From the NCBI GenBank assembly GCA_011192005.1, contig DUFB01000065.1, forward strand, positions 16,843 to 80,842: DNA of 64,000 nt, given 5' to 3'. Position 1 is the first letter of the stretch. Each line of letters begins with the position of its first letter. Origin of the DNA: Dehalococcoidia bacterium. Lineage in GTDB: Bacteria; Chloroflexota; Dehalococcoidia; Dehalococcoidales; RBG-16-60-22. A model generated the notes under the pieces. The model searched no databases, was not told the origin of the DNA, and saw only the letters and a program-made list of their open reading frames with translations. The position numbers were made by a program, and so were the translations under genes. Shown piece by piece: positions 19,839 to 29,027 of this stretch.

Positions 19839-20735
19839 CTATCCTATTTCTTTCAGCGCGCGGGATAAATCGGGGGGGAGGGGGGACTCGAACTCCACGT
19901 ATTTGCCGGTGGAGGAGAGCTTGAAGCCGAGTTTGCTGGCGTGGAGGAACTGCCGCGAGAGTTTTGTACTTTTTACCCCGTAAGTAGCGTCGCCCATCAC
20001 GGGAAAGCCAATGGCCGCCAGATGTACGCGAATCTGGTGAGTGCGACCGGTTTCCGGGTGGATTTCCAGCAGAGTACAGCCACCGACGTACCTGACGACG
20101 TGATATTCCGTGCGGGCCTCCCTGCCACGCGAGACAACCGCCATACGCTGTCGGTTACGCGGATCGCGGCCGATAGCCGCCTCGATAATCCCGTCCCGGG
20201 GAGTAAGTCTTCCTTTCACCAGCACGAGATAAGATTTCTTCACCGAGCGCGACTTGAACTGCGCCGAGAGATTCGCCTGCGCCACCCGGTTCTTGGCCAC
20301 AAGAATCAACCCTGAAGTATCCTTATCCAGCCGGTGCACGATACCAGGTCGGAGGGAATCATCGCCGTCAGCCAGACCGGGCAGGTAAGCCAGGATGGCA
20401 TTGACCAGGGTATGATCGGGGTGTCCCGGGGCGGGGTGCACGGCCAGTCCGGCAGGCTTGTCGATAACCAGAAGATCGGCATCCTCATAGACTATGTCCA
20501 GCGGGATTGGTTCGGGGGCAAGAGTGGGAGGAGGCTCGGGGGGAATACTTACTACTACCACATCGCCGGCGTCCAGCTTATGGCCAGCTTTAAGATTTTT
20601 GTCGTTAACCGTAATAAAACCGCCATCGATTAGCTGGCGGGCATGGGAGCGGGAGAGTCCGGGGCAGCTCGCGGCAACGAATACATCAAGTCGCACCCCG
20701 GAAGCGTCGGCGATATAGCGATACTCCCCGGTCAT
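19839..20735 (-). CDS. rluD: 23S rRNA pseudouridine synthase, RluA/RluD family
   Basis: S4-like N-terminus and catalytic HRLDKDTSGLILVAKN motif. Confidence 0.9.
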   Translation of the reverse strand: MTGEYRYIADASGVRLDVFVAASCPGLSRSHARQLIDGGFITVNDKNLKAGHKLDAGDVVVVSIPPEPPPTLAPEPIPLDIVYEDADLLVIDKPAGLAVHPAPGHPDHTLVNAILAYLPGLADGDDSLRPGIVHRLDKDTSGLILVAKNRVAQANLSAQFKSRSVKKSYLVLVKGRLTPRDGIIEAAIGRDPRNRQRMAVVSRGREARTEYHVVRYVGGCTLLEIHPETGRTHQIRVHLAAIGFPVMGDATYGVKSTKLSRQFLHASKLGFKLSSTGKYVEFESPLPPDLSRALKEIG

Positions 20736-21244
20736 TCCTTCTTCTCTGACTTCTTGGTGAATTTAAGCTGGAAAATAATGCAGTAAATCATGATAATACT
20801 GCCGATAGTTGAGCAGGAATCGGCGATATTAAAAACGGGCCACACCTTAAAGTCGATAAAATCGGTGACGTATCCCAGCCAAAAGCGGTCTATCTGATTG
20901 CCGATGGTGCCGCAGACAATCAACAAGAGCGCCAGCTGTACCAGCCTGCCATGAAGAAAAGACCAGCGCTTATAGAAATAGATAAAAAGCCCGACAATAA
21001 GGACGATGCCGACGCAGGCAATGATGCGGACGATATCAATGCTGCCTTTAAACAGACCGAAAACAACACCGGTATTCTGACTGTGGATTATTTGGAAAAA
21101 ACCAGCATCGAAAAGGGTCTCACCCCTTTCCAGACCAGCTCTTATCCATGTCTTGGTCAACTGGTCGGCCAGTAATAAAAGCAAACCGATACAGCCAAAA
21201 ACAACAAGCCGCCACTTACCCCGGGGACGGTTTTCCTTTAGCAT
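20732..21244 (-). CDS. lspA: Lipoprotein signal peptidase II
   Basis: Four TM segments. Motifs NTGVVFG and FNIADSCSTIG. Confidence 0.9.
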   Translation of the reverse strand: MLKENRPRGKWRLVVFGCIGLLLLLADQLTKTWIRAGLERGETLFDAGFFQIIHSQNTGVVFGLFKGSIDIVRIIACVGIVLIVGLFIYFYKRWSFLHGRLVQLALLLIVCGTIGNQIDRFWLGYVTDFIDFKVWPVFNIADSCSTIGSIIMIYCIIFQLKFTKKSEKKE

Positions 21245-21596
21245 TCTTCGCCTGTTGAGATTTACAGTCTAGGCAGAGACTTGCCTGAGGGAGGGCTTCC
21301 AACCGGGCCTTGGCAATGGATTTACCGCAGTTATCACACTTACCGTAAGTGCCTTCGTCAAACTTGCGGAGGGCATGCTCTATCCCGACCAGTTCCTGAC
21401 GGATACGGTTCTCCATGGTAAGCCGTTTTTCCAGTTCCAGAGTCTCGGTGGCCTCTTCTTCACGCTTACCGAACGGACTACCCTCACGTCGTTCATCGGA
21501 ACTGGACGCGCTGGTATGAATCTGCTCCAGCTCTTCTTCCAGTCGTTTTTGTTCGCTTTTTAGTTTCTTACGCAGTTCACTATAATCGGTGGACAT
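21216..21596 (-). CDS. DksA/TraR-family C4 zinc-finger protein (YlyA-like)
   Basis: CDNCGKSI...CLDCK zinc finger with a coiled N-terminus. Start set at the ATG at 21596 (GGAGG RBS). Gene order dksA-like/lspA/rluD is as in Bacillus ylyA-lspA-ylyB. Confidence 0.8.
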   Translation of the reverse strand: MSTDYSELRKKLKSEQKRLEEELEQIHTSASSSDERREGSPFGKREEEATETLELEKRLTMENRIRQELVGIEHALRKFDEGTYGKCDNCGKSIAKARLEALPQASLCLDCKSQQAKNAKGKPSPG

Positions 21597-21761
21597 TTGT
21601 GCCTCCATCCGCCTCTCACCAGCTCTGAGCAAGGCTCTTTTGTGCGCTCCTCCCAACAACCTAACGGTGTGTGTTCATATATACCTAAAAATGATTAGTG
21701 AAGAAAGTTTCAGGATACGGACTATACAGCAGGTGTCGCTGGCGGGCATAACCTGTCCGCG

Positions 21762-21782
21762 AAATAAAAGAGCCCGAGGCTC
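21762..21782 (-). terminator. Intrinsic-terminator-like hairpin on the minus strand with no annotated upstream gene
   Basis: Minus strand reads AGGAGCC-TCG-GGCTCTT followed by TTATTTC. Confidence 0.3.
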
Positions 21783-22153
21783 CTGCTAAAGACGAAGGTC
21801 TTATTTCTTATTGCCGCCAACGGATAAAACATATTACCAGTGTAAACCATTTTATACCTGTGGTCAATGCTTTATTGTAACATTTTTTAGTAAAAAAGTA
21901 CCATGTGGCTTATTATTACGAAGGGTATGCGTGCTATCAATCAAGATAGATATGTAAATATTAATAATAACTAATAAAGATGAACAGCTACCAGCAACGG
22001 CAGTACAGTTTTGAGGGATGACACCTATAGAAAACTGGTGATAACCATCTCTGACTTTGGCCAGGGTGGTTGTAGTATCATAGCAGAGCCCGTGTACCCG
22101 GAAGGCAGATACAAACGTGTAGAATATAGCGGCGAAGAGCAAGGCGACTTACG

Positions 22154-22711
22154 GTGCAGGAGAAGGCTTTTTTCAGCCATAATATGAAAAATATAGCCAT
22201 TAACAAAAGAAATGTAATTAAAACCACGATACCCGGCAGGCAAAGCCAGGTCGTGCAGGTGAACAGACCTGCGCCACAGAGTCAGCCTGCCAGCAACGTG
22301 AAGAGCACTCCTACCATCCCGAGACCGGCAGCTTTACCATCACAGCCACAGTCAGTCAGCGCGCAGCGGGAACTGGAAGCTGCCAGACGATTGAGGATGC
22401 AGGCTCAGAGGTACCTCCAGGAGACGGAAATGAAGGCGCGTAGCGAAGCACAGCGGCTCATGCTCCAGACACGCCTTACAATCCGCAAGGAGGTACAGGA
22501 AATGATACGCGAAGCAAAGGAAGAAGTCCATAAAGTACTAGCCGACATCCGGGTAATACGCATGACCGCGCAGGAAGAACTGGCCGCCCAGAAGAAATTC
22601 ACTGATGCGGCGCGGTTACGTTCCTTTACCCTTTCACTCAGTAGAGACGAAATGGAACCGGAGGAAAAGAAGACCAGAAAACCGGCCCGCAAGAAACAGA
22701 CCGTCCACTAA
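22154..22711 (+). CDS. Coiled-coil hypothetical protein (P/Q/S-rich N-terminus)
   Basis: 185-aa ORF rich in heptad-like R/E/Q/A segments. The start codon is uncertain (GTG 22154 or ATG 22184). Confidence 0.45.
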   Translation: MQEKAFFSHNMKNIAINKRNVIKTTIPGRQSQVVQVNRPAPQSQPASNVKSTPTIPRPAALPSQPQSVSAQRELEAARRLRMQAQRYLQETEMKARSEAQRLMLQTRLTIRKEVQEMIREAKEEVHKVLADIRVIRMTAQEELAAQKKFTDAARLRSFTLSLSRDEMEPEEKKTRKPARKKQTVH

Positions 22712-22851
22712 TATCCTTCCCTCTTACTCAAAGATTCATCGTTCGTGTTCCTGCAACGAGCTTTACCCTCTTACCTGTATTTGAGGCAGTCGCGTGCGTG
22801 GTGTACAATTGAGTTGTTCAGAATGAAATCCGGTAGTCAGGAACAGACCGC

Positions 22852-23511
22852 GTGACAATTAGAGAGAACATCAACAGCATCTGCCACGAACTACCGCCCG
22901 ATGTGCAACTGCTTGCCGCCGCAAAGTCGAGAAGTCCGGAGGAAGTCGAGGAAGCGGTCGCTGCAGGGATAAAGATAATCGGGGAGAATTACGTCCAGGA
23001 AGCCGAAAACGCCCGGGAGTTAATCGGAAGCAGGGTAGCATGGCATTTCATCGGGCACCTTCAGAAGAATAAGGTAAAAAAAGCCGTCGAGCTGTTTGAC
23101 ATGATAGAAACGGTGGACTCGGTCGAGCTCGCCCGGGAAATTGAAAAAAGATGCGCTCAGAGCGGGAAAACCATGCCGGTCCTGATAGAGATAAACAGCG
23201 GGCGCGAGCCGCAGAAATCAGGCGTGTACCCTGAAAAAGCGGTGGATTTAATTAACGAAATCGCCGATCTTAAGAACATCAAGGTCATGGGGCTGATGAC
23301 CATGGGGCCACTGACCGGCAATCCCGAGGAACTGCGTCCCTATTTCAGGGAAACCAGAAAGCTCTACGACAAAATAGCCCGACTCGGGCTACCACGCGTC
23401 GAGATGAAGTACCTCTCCATGGGAATGACGGATTCATATAAGACGGCTATCGAGGAAGGTGCCAACCTGGTAAGAATCGGGAGTAAAATTTTCACTCGAG
23501 CCAGCCGCTGA
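22852..23511 (+). CDS. yggS: YggS/YlmE-family pyridoxal-phosphate homeostasis protein
   Basis: LLAAAKSRS, IIGENYVQEA, WHFIGHLQKNKVKK, MGMTDSYKTAIEEGANLVRIGSKIF. Confidence 0.9.
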   Translation: MTIRENINSICHELPPDVQLLAAAKSRSPEEVEEAVAAGIKIIGENYVQEAENARELIGSRVAWHFIGHLQKNKVKKAVELFDMIETVDSVELAREIEKRCAQSGKTMPVLIEINSGREPQKSGVYPEKAVDLINEIADLKNIKVMGLMTMGPLTGNPEELRPYFRETRKLYDKIARLGLPRVEMKYLSMGMTDSYKTAIEEGANLVRIGSKIFTRASR

Positions 23512-23520
23512 CAAATTCCG

Positions 23521-23781
23521 TTAATGACCATTGGAGATGAACAGGTTGGCGGCACCACTCAGGAAAACGACGACGGAAAAGATCGCCAGCGTCAGCGAGA
23601 GTTCCATTCCGTCAATAATCTCTATTTGCGAACTGACCACTACGGTTCCCAGAAAACCGATTACCGCTCCGCAAAGGCCGCCGATCATCATTATTATTCC
23701 GGTTACGATCCGCATCGGTAATCCCCCTATATATCGAGAATACTGCCCCGCTTCCTCGATTGTACACGTTTTTACTCCCAT
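23521..23781 (-). CDS. Small membrane protein, hypothetical
   Basis: 86-aa ORF with two predicted TM helices (IVTGIIMMIGGLCGAVIGFLG and LAIFSVVVFLSGAANLFI). Confidence 0.35.
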   Translation of the reverse strand: MGVKTCTIEEAGQYSRYIGGLPMRIVTGIIMMIGGLCGAVIGFLGTVVVSSQIEIIDGMELSLTLAIFSVVVFLSGAANLFISNGH

Positions 23782-23966
23782 CTAATATAAGTCTAACGCA
23801 CCCCTGATACGGGTCAATAACCTTTCAGTAATAGATAGCCATTATACTTATTTACCACGTACCTGCAACAGCGCGCGGAAACATCAGGCGTGATTCTTGA
23901 CAAACAAGCCCAGCTTCGCCAGAATTAAACTAAGGAAAAAGCAAACCGGACTCATTATAGAAAGCG

Positions 23967-24506
23967 GTGGGTACCATTCCGGACGAGAAAGATACAACCA
24001 GCGAGGAAGCACAAAACCGGGAAAAAACGATAAAAGTCCTTCAGGGCTTCAGCAGAAAACGCTTCAACCTGATACCCATATTGCAGAAGGTTCAGGGCAG
24101 CCTGGGATACCTGCCTCATGAAGCCATGATTGAAATCGCCGAATACCTCGACATCCCCGCCATAGACGTGTATGGCGTGACGACCTTCTACAACCAGTTC
24201 AGATTAACACCGCCCGGCAAGCATTCCATAAGGGTATGTCTGGGCACCGCCTGCCACATGAAGGGCGGTTACATCACGCTGGACGCCTGGAAGAGACGGC
24301 TCCAAATCGAGCCCGGAGAGACCACCGCCGACCGTGAGTTCGACCTGGACACCGTGGCCTGCGTGGGCTGCTGTACGATGGCGCCGGTAACGGTAGTTGA
24401 CGATAAGCCGGAAGGAAGCGTCGAGCCAACCAGGGTAGATGGAATCCTGCTGGCTTTCGAGCAGGAGCGCGCCGGAAAGAAAGAAGTAGAGAGTGAAAGC
24501 GACTGA
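23967..24506 (+). CDS. NuoE/HydC-like [2Fe-2S] thioredoxin-fold subunit
   Basis: LIPILQKVQGSLGYLPHEA, VCLGTACHMKG, VACVGCCTMAP. Confidence 0.85.
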   Translation: MGTIPDEKDTTSEEAQNREKTIKVLQGFSRKRFNLIPILQKVQGSLGYLPHEAMIEIAEYLDIPAIDVYGVTTFYNQFRLTPPGKHSIRVCLGTACHMKGGYITLDAWKRRLQIEPGETTADREFDLDTVACVGCCTMAPVTVVDDKPEGSVEPTRVDGILLAFEQERAGKKEVESESD

Positions 24507-26400
24507 GAAAGCGGCGGTGATGGCTGCTTTCGAGAAAATAAAACGTAACGCCGCAGCCCACGGCGAAGAGTTAGCACGAGAAAAACCGGTAATTATGGTG
24601 GGCGCGGCCACGTGCGGTCGGGCGGCTGGTGCATTAGAAGTTCTCCAGACTTTCCGTGAAGAGGTAGAGAAACGAAAGGTCGACTGCCAGGTGATGGAAG
24701 TCGGCTGCATGGGACACTGCTACGCCGAACCGCTGGTAATCATCAGCAAGCCGGGTTACCCGCCGATATGCTACGGGTATGTCAATGCCGTCATAGCGGA
24801 AAGACTTGTAAAAGAATTTATCCTCGGGGATAATACCTGTCCGGAATTCGTACTGGCAGCACTGGAACCGAACGAACTCCTGCCCAGTTTCAGCGACTTT
24901 CCCCGCTCGCAATACGAGCAAAAAATCATCCTGAAGAACTGCGGGCATATCGACCCGGAGGATGTCAACCAGTACATCAATGCCGACGGCTATGCGGGCC
25001 TAGCCAAAGCCCTGCAAATGTCTCCCGAAGAAGTGACCGAAGAAGTGGTGAAATCGGGACTGAGGGGACGTGGCGGGGCAGGCTTCCCGACAGGACAGAA
25101 ATGGCGCTTATGCCGCGACGAACCAGGCAAGACCAGATACATCATCTGCAACGCCGACGAGGGTGACCCCGGGGCTTTCATGGACCGTTCCATCCTGGAA
25201 AGTGACCCGCATGCAGTGATAGAGGGGATGATAATCGGGGGATACGCCATCGGGGCGCGCTACGGATACATCTACGTGCGCGCCGAGTACCCGCTGGCGG
25301 TAAAACGAATGGAAACGGCGCTGAAACAGGCAAAAAAGCTGAACCTGCTGGGCAATCACATACTCGGGAACGGGTATTCGTTCGATATCAGGCTTTTCCA
25401 TGGCTCGGGGGCTTTCGTGTGCGGGGAGGAAACAGCCCTGATAGCCTCGCTAGAAGGCAGGATGGGCATGCCGCGTCATCGTCCACCTTATCCGTCTTCC
25501 CGCGGCCTCTTCAACAAGCCGACGGTGGTCAATAACGTCAAGACCCTCGCTTTCATACCTCATATCATCAGGAACGGAGTGGAATGGTTCAGGAGCATCG
25601 GGACGAAAGAGAGTCCCGGCACCGCCGTCTTCGCGCTGGCCGGTAAGATAGTAAATACGGGGCTTGTCGAGGTACCGATGGGCACGACGCTGCGGCAGAT
25701 TATCTTCGACGTGGGGAGCGGTATACCCAATGGCAGGCAATTCAAAGCAGTCCAGATAGGTGGGCCTTCCGGTGGCTGCCTGCCCGAGTCAGCCCTGGAT
25801 GTACCGGTTGATTACGATTCACTACACAAAGCAGGGGCGATGATGGGCTCGGGAGGTATGGTGGTACTCGACGAGGACGACTGCATGGTGGAGATAGCCC
25901 GTTACTTCCTCGAGTTTACCCAGCGAGAGTCCTGCGGTAAGTGTACCTTCTGTCGACTGGGTACCAAACAGATGCTGGAGATACTCGGGGAGTTTACCTT
26001 CGGCCAAGGCAGCCTGGAAGATATCGACAGGCTGGAACAGCTGGCGGAGGAAGTCCAGGCCGGTTCGCTCTGCCGGCTGGGGCAGACGGCCCCCAATCCA
26101 ATATTGACCACGCTCCGGTATTTCCGAAACGAATACGAAGCACATATCGAGCTAGGGAAATGCCCGGCACTGATGTGCCAGCACCTCATTGCCTACTACA
26201 TCCTGCCCGATAAATGCGAGCGTTCCTGCGACGCCTGTATCGGCACGTGCACCGTCGAGGCGATATCACCGAATAAAAAGAGAATCAAGGTCATCGACCA
26301 GGATAAGTGCGTCAAGTGCGGCACGTGCGTGACCGCCTGTCCTCCGCAGTACAACGCCATCGTGAAACTGTCGCCGCCGAGCGAGGTGCCGTCAAAATGA
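24493..26400 (+). CDS. NuoF/HydB-like NADH- and FMN-binding Fe-S subunit
   Basis: GLRGRGGAGFPTGQKW, ESCGKCTFCRLG. C-terminal CERSCDACIGTC and CVKCGTCVTACP ferredoxin motifs. N-terminal thioredoxin-like extension. Confidence 0.9.
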   Translation: MKATEKAAVMAAFEKIKRNAAAHGEELAREKPVIMVGAATCGRAAGALEVLQTFREEVEKRKVDCQVMEVGCMGHCYAEPLVIISKPGYPPICYGYVNAVIAERLVKEFILGDNTCPEFVLAALEPNELLPSFSDFPRSQYEQKIILKNCGHIDPEDVNQYINADGYAGLAKALQMSPEEVTEEVVKSGLRGRGGAGFPTGQKWRLCRDEPGKTRYIICNADEGDPGAFMDRSILESDPHAVIEGMIIGGYAIGARYGYIYVRAEYPLAVKRMETALKQAKKLNLLGNHILGNGYSFDIRLFHGSGAFVCGEETALIASLEGRMGMPRHRPPYPSSRGLFNKPTVVNNVKTLAFIPHIIRNGVEWFRSIGTKESPGTAVFALAGKIVNTGLVEVPMGTTLRQIIFDVGSGIPNGRQFKAVQIGGPSGGCLPESALDVPVDYDSLHKAGAMMGSGGMVVLDEDDCMVEIARYFLEFTQRESCGKCTFCRLGTKQMLEILGEFTFGQGSLEDIDRLEQLAEEVQAGSLCRLGQTAPNPILTTLRYFRNEYEAHIELGKCPALMCQHLIAYYILPDKCERSCDACIGTCTVEAISPNKKRIKVIDQDKCVKCGTCVTACPPQYNAIVKLSPPSEVPSK

Positions 26401-27041
26401 AGAACGTTACGCTGACCATAGACGGCAAGAAAATAACCGCCAGAGCCGGCGAGAAAATCCTATGGGCGGCGTTGGGAAATGATATCTATATACCCAACCT
26501 GTGCGCCATCAAAGAAAAACCGGAGCCGAACGCCGCCTGCCGCCTGTGCTTCGTGGAGATAGAGGGCGAGGATGAACCGGTGACCGCCTGCACCCGCGAG
26601 GTGGAAGATGGAATGGTCGTCAACACCAGGGGCGAAAAGGCATTAAAACTGGCGCAGGCGGGCTTCGAGCTGATAATGGCTTCCCATCCGGTCGATTGCG
26701 CCCATTGTGCCGCCAACGGAGCCTGCGAGCTCCAGGCGCTAGCCCGGCACCTAGGCTGCAAGCTCAAGACCAAACGATACCGACAGCTACTCCGCGACCT
26801 GCCGATAGACGATAGCAACCCCATGTTTACCCTCGACCCGAACAAATGTGTTCTCTGCGGGCGCTGCGTATGGGAATGTCACAAACGTAAAGAGACGGCG
26901 CTGCTGGGATTTGCCTACCGTGGCTTTAACAGAGTGATTACCACTTTTGCTTCGGAACCTATCGGCGAGAGGTGTCTTGACTGCAGGGAGTGCGTGGAGG
27001 TATGCCCGACCGGAGCGCTGGCGTTTAAGGATAAAAAATAA
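26397..27041 (+). CDS. NuoG/HydA N-terminal-like Fe-S subunit (2Fe-2S, His-ligated 4Fe-4S, 2x4Fe-4S) with no catalytic domain
   Basis: Start at the ATG at 26397 (ATGA overlap with the upstream stop). MKNVTLTIDGKKI..., HPVDCAHCAANGACELQ, CVLCGRCVWEC, CLDCRECVEVCPTGA. It stops after 214 aa. Confidence 0.8.
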   Translation: MKNVTLTIDGKKITARAGEKILWAALGNDIYIPNLCAIKEKPEPNAACRLCFVEIEGEDEPVTACTREVEDGMVVNTRGEKALKLAQAGFELIMASHPVDCAHCAANGACELQALARHLGCKLKTKRYRQLLRDLPIDDSNPMFTLDPNKCVLCGRCVWECHKRKETALLGFAYRGFNRVITTFASEPIGERCLDCRECVEVCPTGALAFKDKK

Positions 27042-27344
27042 GATTTTCTTCAGAAGCTGAATTATACCTCACTCCCTTTGTCCCCTTTTCCAAACCATTC
27101 ATGGTAGAATCATGAAAAATTAAGCCGCTTCCATATCGTCGCACCCCTCATTTCACTGATTACATCAATCGTCTAAAATTCAGCCAGCCTTTTAAAACTA
27201 GCCAGGTCCTGAAGAAATTGATTTCTACCTGTATAGAGAGTATATTAATAAAAACAGAATTTCTGGTGGCCGGTTACAGGATAGGTCGGACGTAACAGTC
27301 TCCCCATGCGTACAAATCGCAATTACATCTGGAGGTAATAAGAA

Positions 27345-27809
27345 ATGGAATTTACTCATGATAGTATCCGGAAATGGTTCTATAGTTATTTTGCGGAATT
27401 CACCGAATGTAACGGAAACCCCAAAAAAGTCCCGAACATGGAAAAATATTTTACTGAAGACCTTCAATTTATTTCATATATTCTGGGTGTTAAAAGACCT
27501 GATGACCGTGAAGGGCTGCTGAATACCATGGTACACCCGGGTCTCCTGGAGAGTCTCGAACCGGAAGAAATAGTAATTGATGAGAAGAATAAATCTGTTG
27601 CCGTTATTTTAAAGGTACAGTTCAAAGAAGAATCCACCGGCACAGTATTCCCGTTAAAGCATAATTGCGCTGTTTATAATCTTATCAATGACAAGAAGGG
27701 CAATATGAAGATAAACAAAATAACATACTTTACCGAGCACCGTTCCCCTGATGAGCCTGATATGAAAAGCCTCATGAAAAAGTACCGTCAACAAGCGCTT
27801 GGTTCTTAA
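27345..27809 (+). CDS. Hypothetical protein, possibly NTF2/SnoaL-like fold
   Basis: 154-aa ORF with GGAGG RBS. Fold guess rests on size and alternating beta-like C-terminal pattern only. Confidence 0.35.
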   Translation: MEFTHDSIRKWFYSYFAEFTECNGNPKKVPNMEKYFTEDLQFISYILGVKRPDDREGLLNTMVHPGLLESLEPEEIVIDEKNKSVAVILKVQFKEESTGTVFPLKHNCAVYNLINDKKGNMKINKITYFTEHRSPDEPDMKSLMKKYRQQALGS

Positions 27810-27920
27810 GCGTTATCATAGCTGACATCGAAGCAATTCGCCATTGAAATCACCGGGAGAAAAAACGACGATAGACGACGATTAAACCCCGTCAAACCGT
27901 GAAAAGAAAGGGAGAAAAAA

Positions 27921-28817
27921 GTGGCCAGAAAAAAGAAAGAGCTCAAGTACGAGAAATATTTTCTCAGGGACGTAATAACTGATGGACTGAGAAAGGAATG
28001 GGGAGGACAGGCGATATCAGCCGGGCGGGGACACGATGATATCATACCGGCGAATGCCAGGGCAGTCCCGGCAATAACTGTCATCAGGAAACCATACATG
28101 TTCCATGAGCCGACTCATAAACACATGTTTACAGAGTACTTTATCTTCTTCGGCTCAAACCCGATGGACATGCATGAATTTGATGCTGATGTGGAGTACA
28201 CTTTCGGAGCGGAGCGCGAGAAGCATGTCATCAACCGCCCGACAATAGTCATCGCCGCACCGGGGGTTTACCACTGCCCGCTGAACTACGCGAGAGTCGG
28301 CAAGCCCTTTTACTGCCTGGAAATGTTCATGACAACGGGATACTCCGGAGTTGACCTAGGTGAAGACCTGAACGAAATAAGGGTACCCGAACCAAGCTAC
28401 AACAGGTATTTCATCCAGGATGTTATTAAAGACAACAAATGGGGTGGCGAAGGTATAGGACTATCCGCGGTACCGGAGCATATTATCCCGGCCGGAGCGA
28501 GGATAACCCTGGGACTAACGGCGGTCAGGAAGCCGTATATGTTCCATGCACCGACCCATAAACACAATTTCACCGAGTTCTTTTACTTCTTCGGTTCAAA
28601 CCCAATGGATATGAAGGAATTCGACGCCGAAATAGAGTTCTACTTCGGGGAAGAGAAAGAAAAGCATATCATCAATAGCCCGACCGTTGTGGTGATTCCA
28701 CCCGGGATATTCCACTGCCCGCTGAATTACGTAAAAGTGAATAAGCCCTTCTACTGTCTGGAAATGTTCATGACCTCGAAATATACCGGGACGGATTTAG
28801 TACCGCAGATGCGGTAA
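27921..28817 (+). CDS. Bicupin paralog A (internally duplicated metal-cupin protein)
   Basis: Both halves align by eye. First half: KPYMFHEPTHKHMFTEYFIFFGSNPMDMHEFDADVEYTFGAEREKHVINRPTIVIAAPGVYHCPLNY. Second half: KPYMFHAPTHKHNFTEFFYFFGSNPMDMKEFDAEIEFYFGEEKEKHIINSPTVVVIPPGIFHCPLNY. This is a cupin-like H-x-H-x3-E ... P-x-G-x2-H pattern. Confidence 0.7.
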   Translation: MARKKKELKYEKYFLRDVITDGLRKEWGGQAISAGRGHDDIIPANARAVPAITVIRKPYMFHEPTHKHMFTEYFIFFGSNPMDMHEFDADVEYTFGAEREKHVINRPTIVIAAPGVYHCPLNYARVGKPFYCLEMFMTTGYSGVDLGEDLNEIRVPEPSYNRYFIQDVIKDNKWGGEGIGLSAVPEHIIPAGARITLGLTAVRKPYMFHAPTHKHNFTEFFYFFGSNPMDMKEFDAEIEFYFGEEKEKHIINSPTVVVIPPGIFHCPLNYVKVNKPFYCLEMFMTSKYTGTDLVPQMR

Positions 28818-29027
28818 ACGGAGAACTCCTGAGCTTTCATGTATCAGTTAATAATAATGCCCATGTTCTTCTGACAAAAAAGTTCCTTTATTAGTATTAA
28901 ACAATCCCTCGGAATAGTCTTACTCTACTTCCGTCACAGAAGACAAACTGAGACGACGGTTCAAAGCCTACAGGGCATGAAGACTATGGTTGATTTTTAG
29001 TGGTAGGTCAACACTTCAGGTGGTATA

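Noticed and set aside
22040-22115. SRP (4.5S) RNA-like string CCCGGAAGGCAGA
   Set aside because: The conserved GGAAGCAGCC core and the symmetric helix-8 partner are missing. The resemblance is limited to about 10 nt.
26307-26396. N-terminal 30-codon extension of the NuoG-like ORF in the ORF track
   Set aside because: It lies inside the nuoF-like gene in another frame. The homologous sequence starts at MKNVTLTIDGK (ATG at 26397, ATGA coupling).
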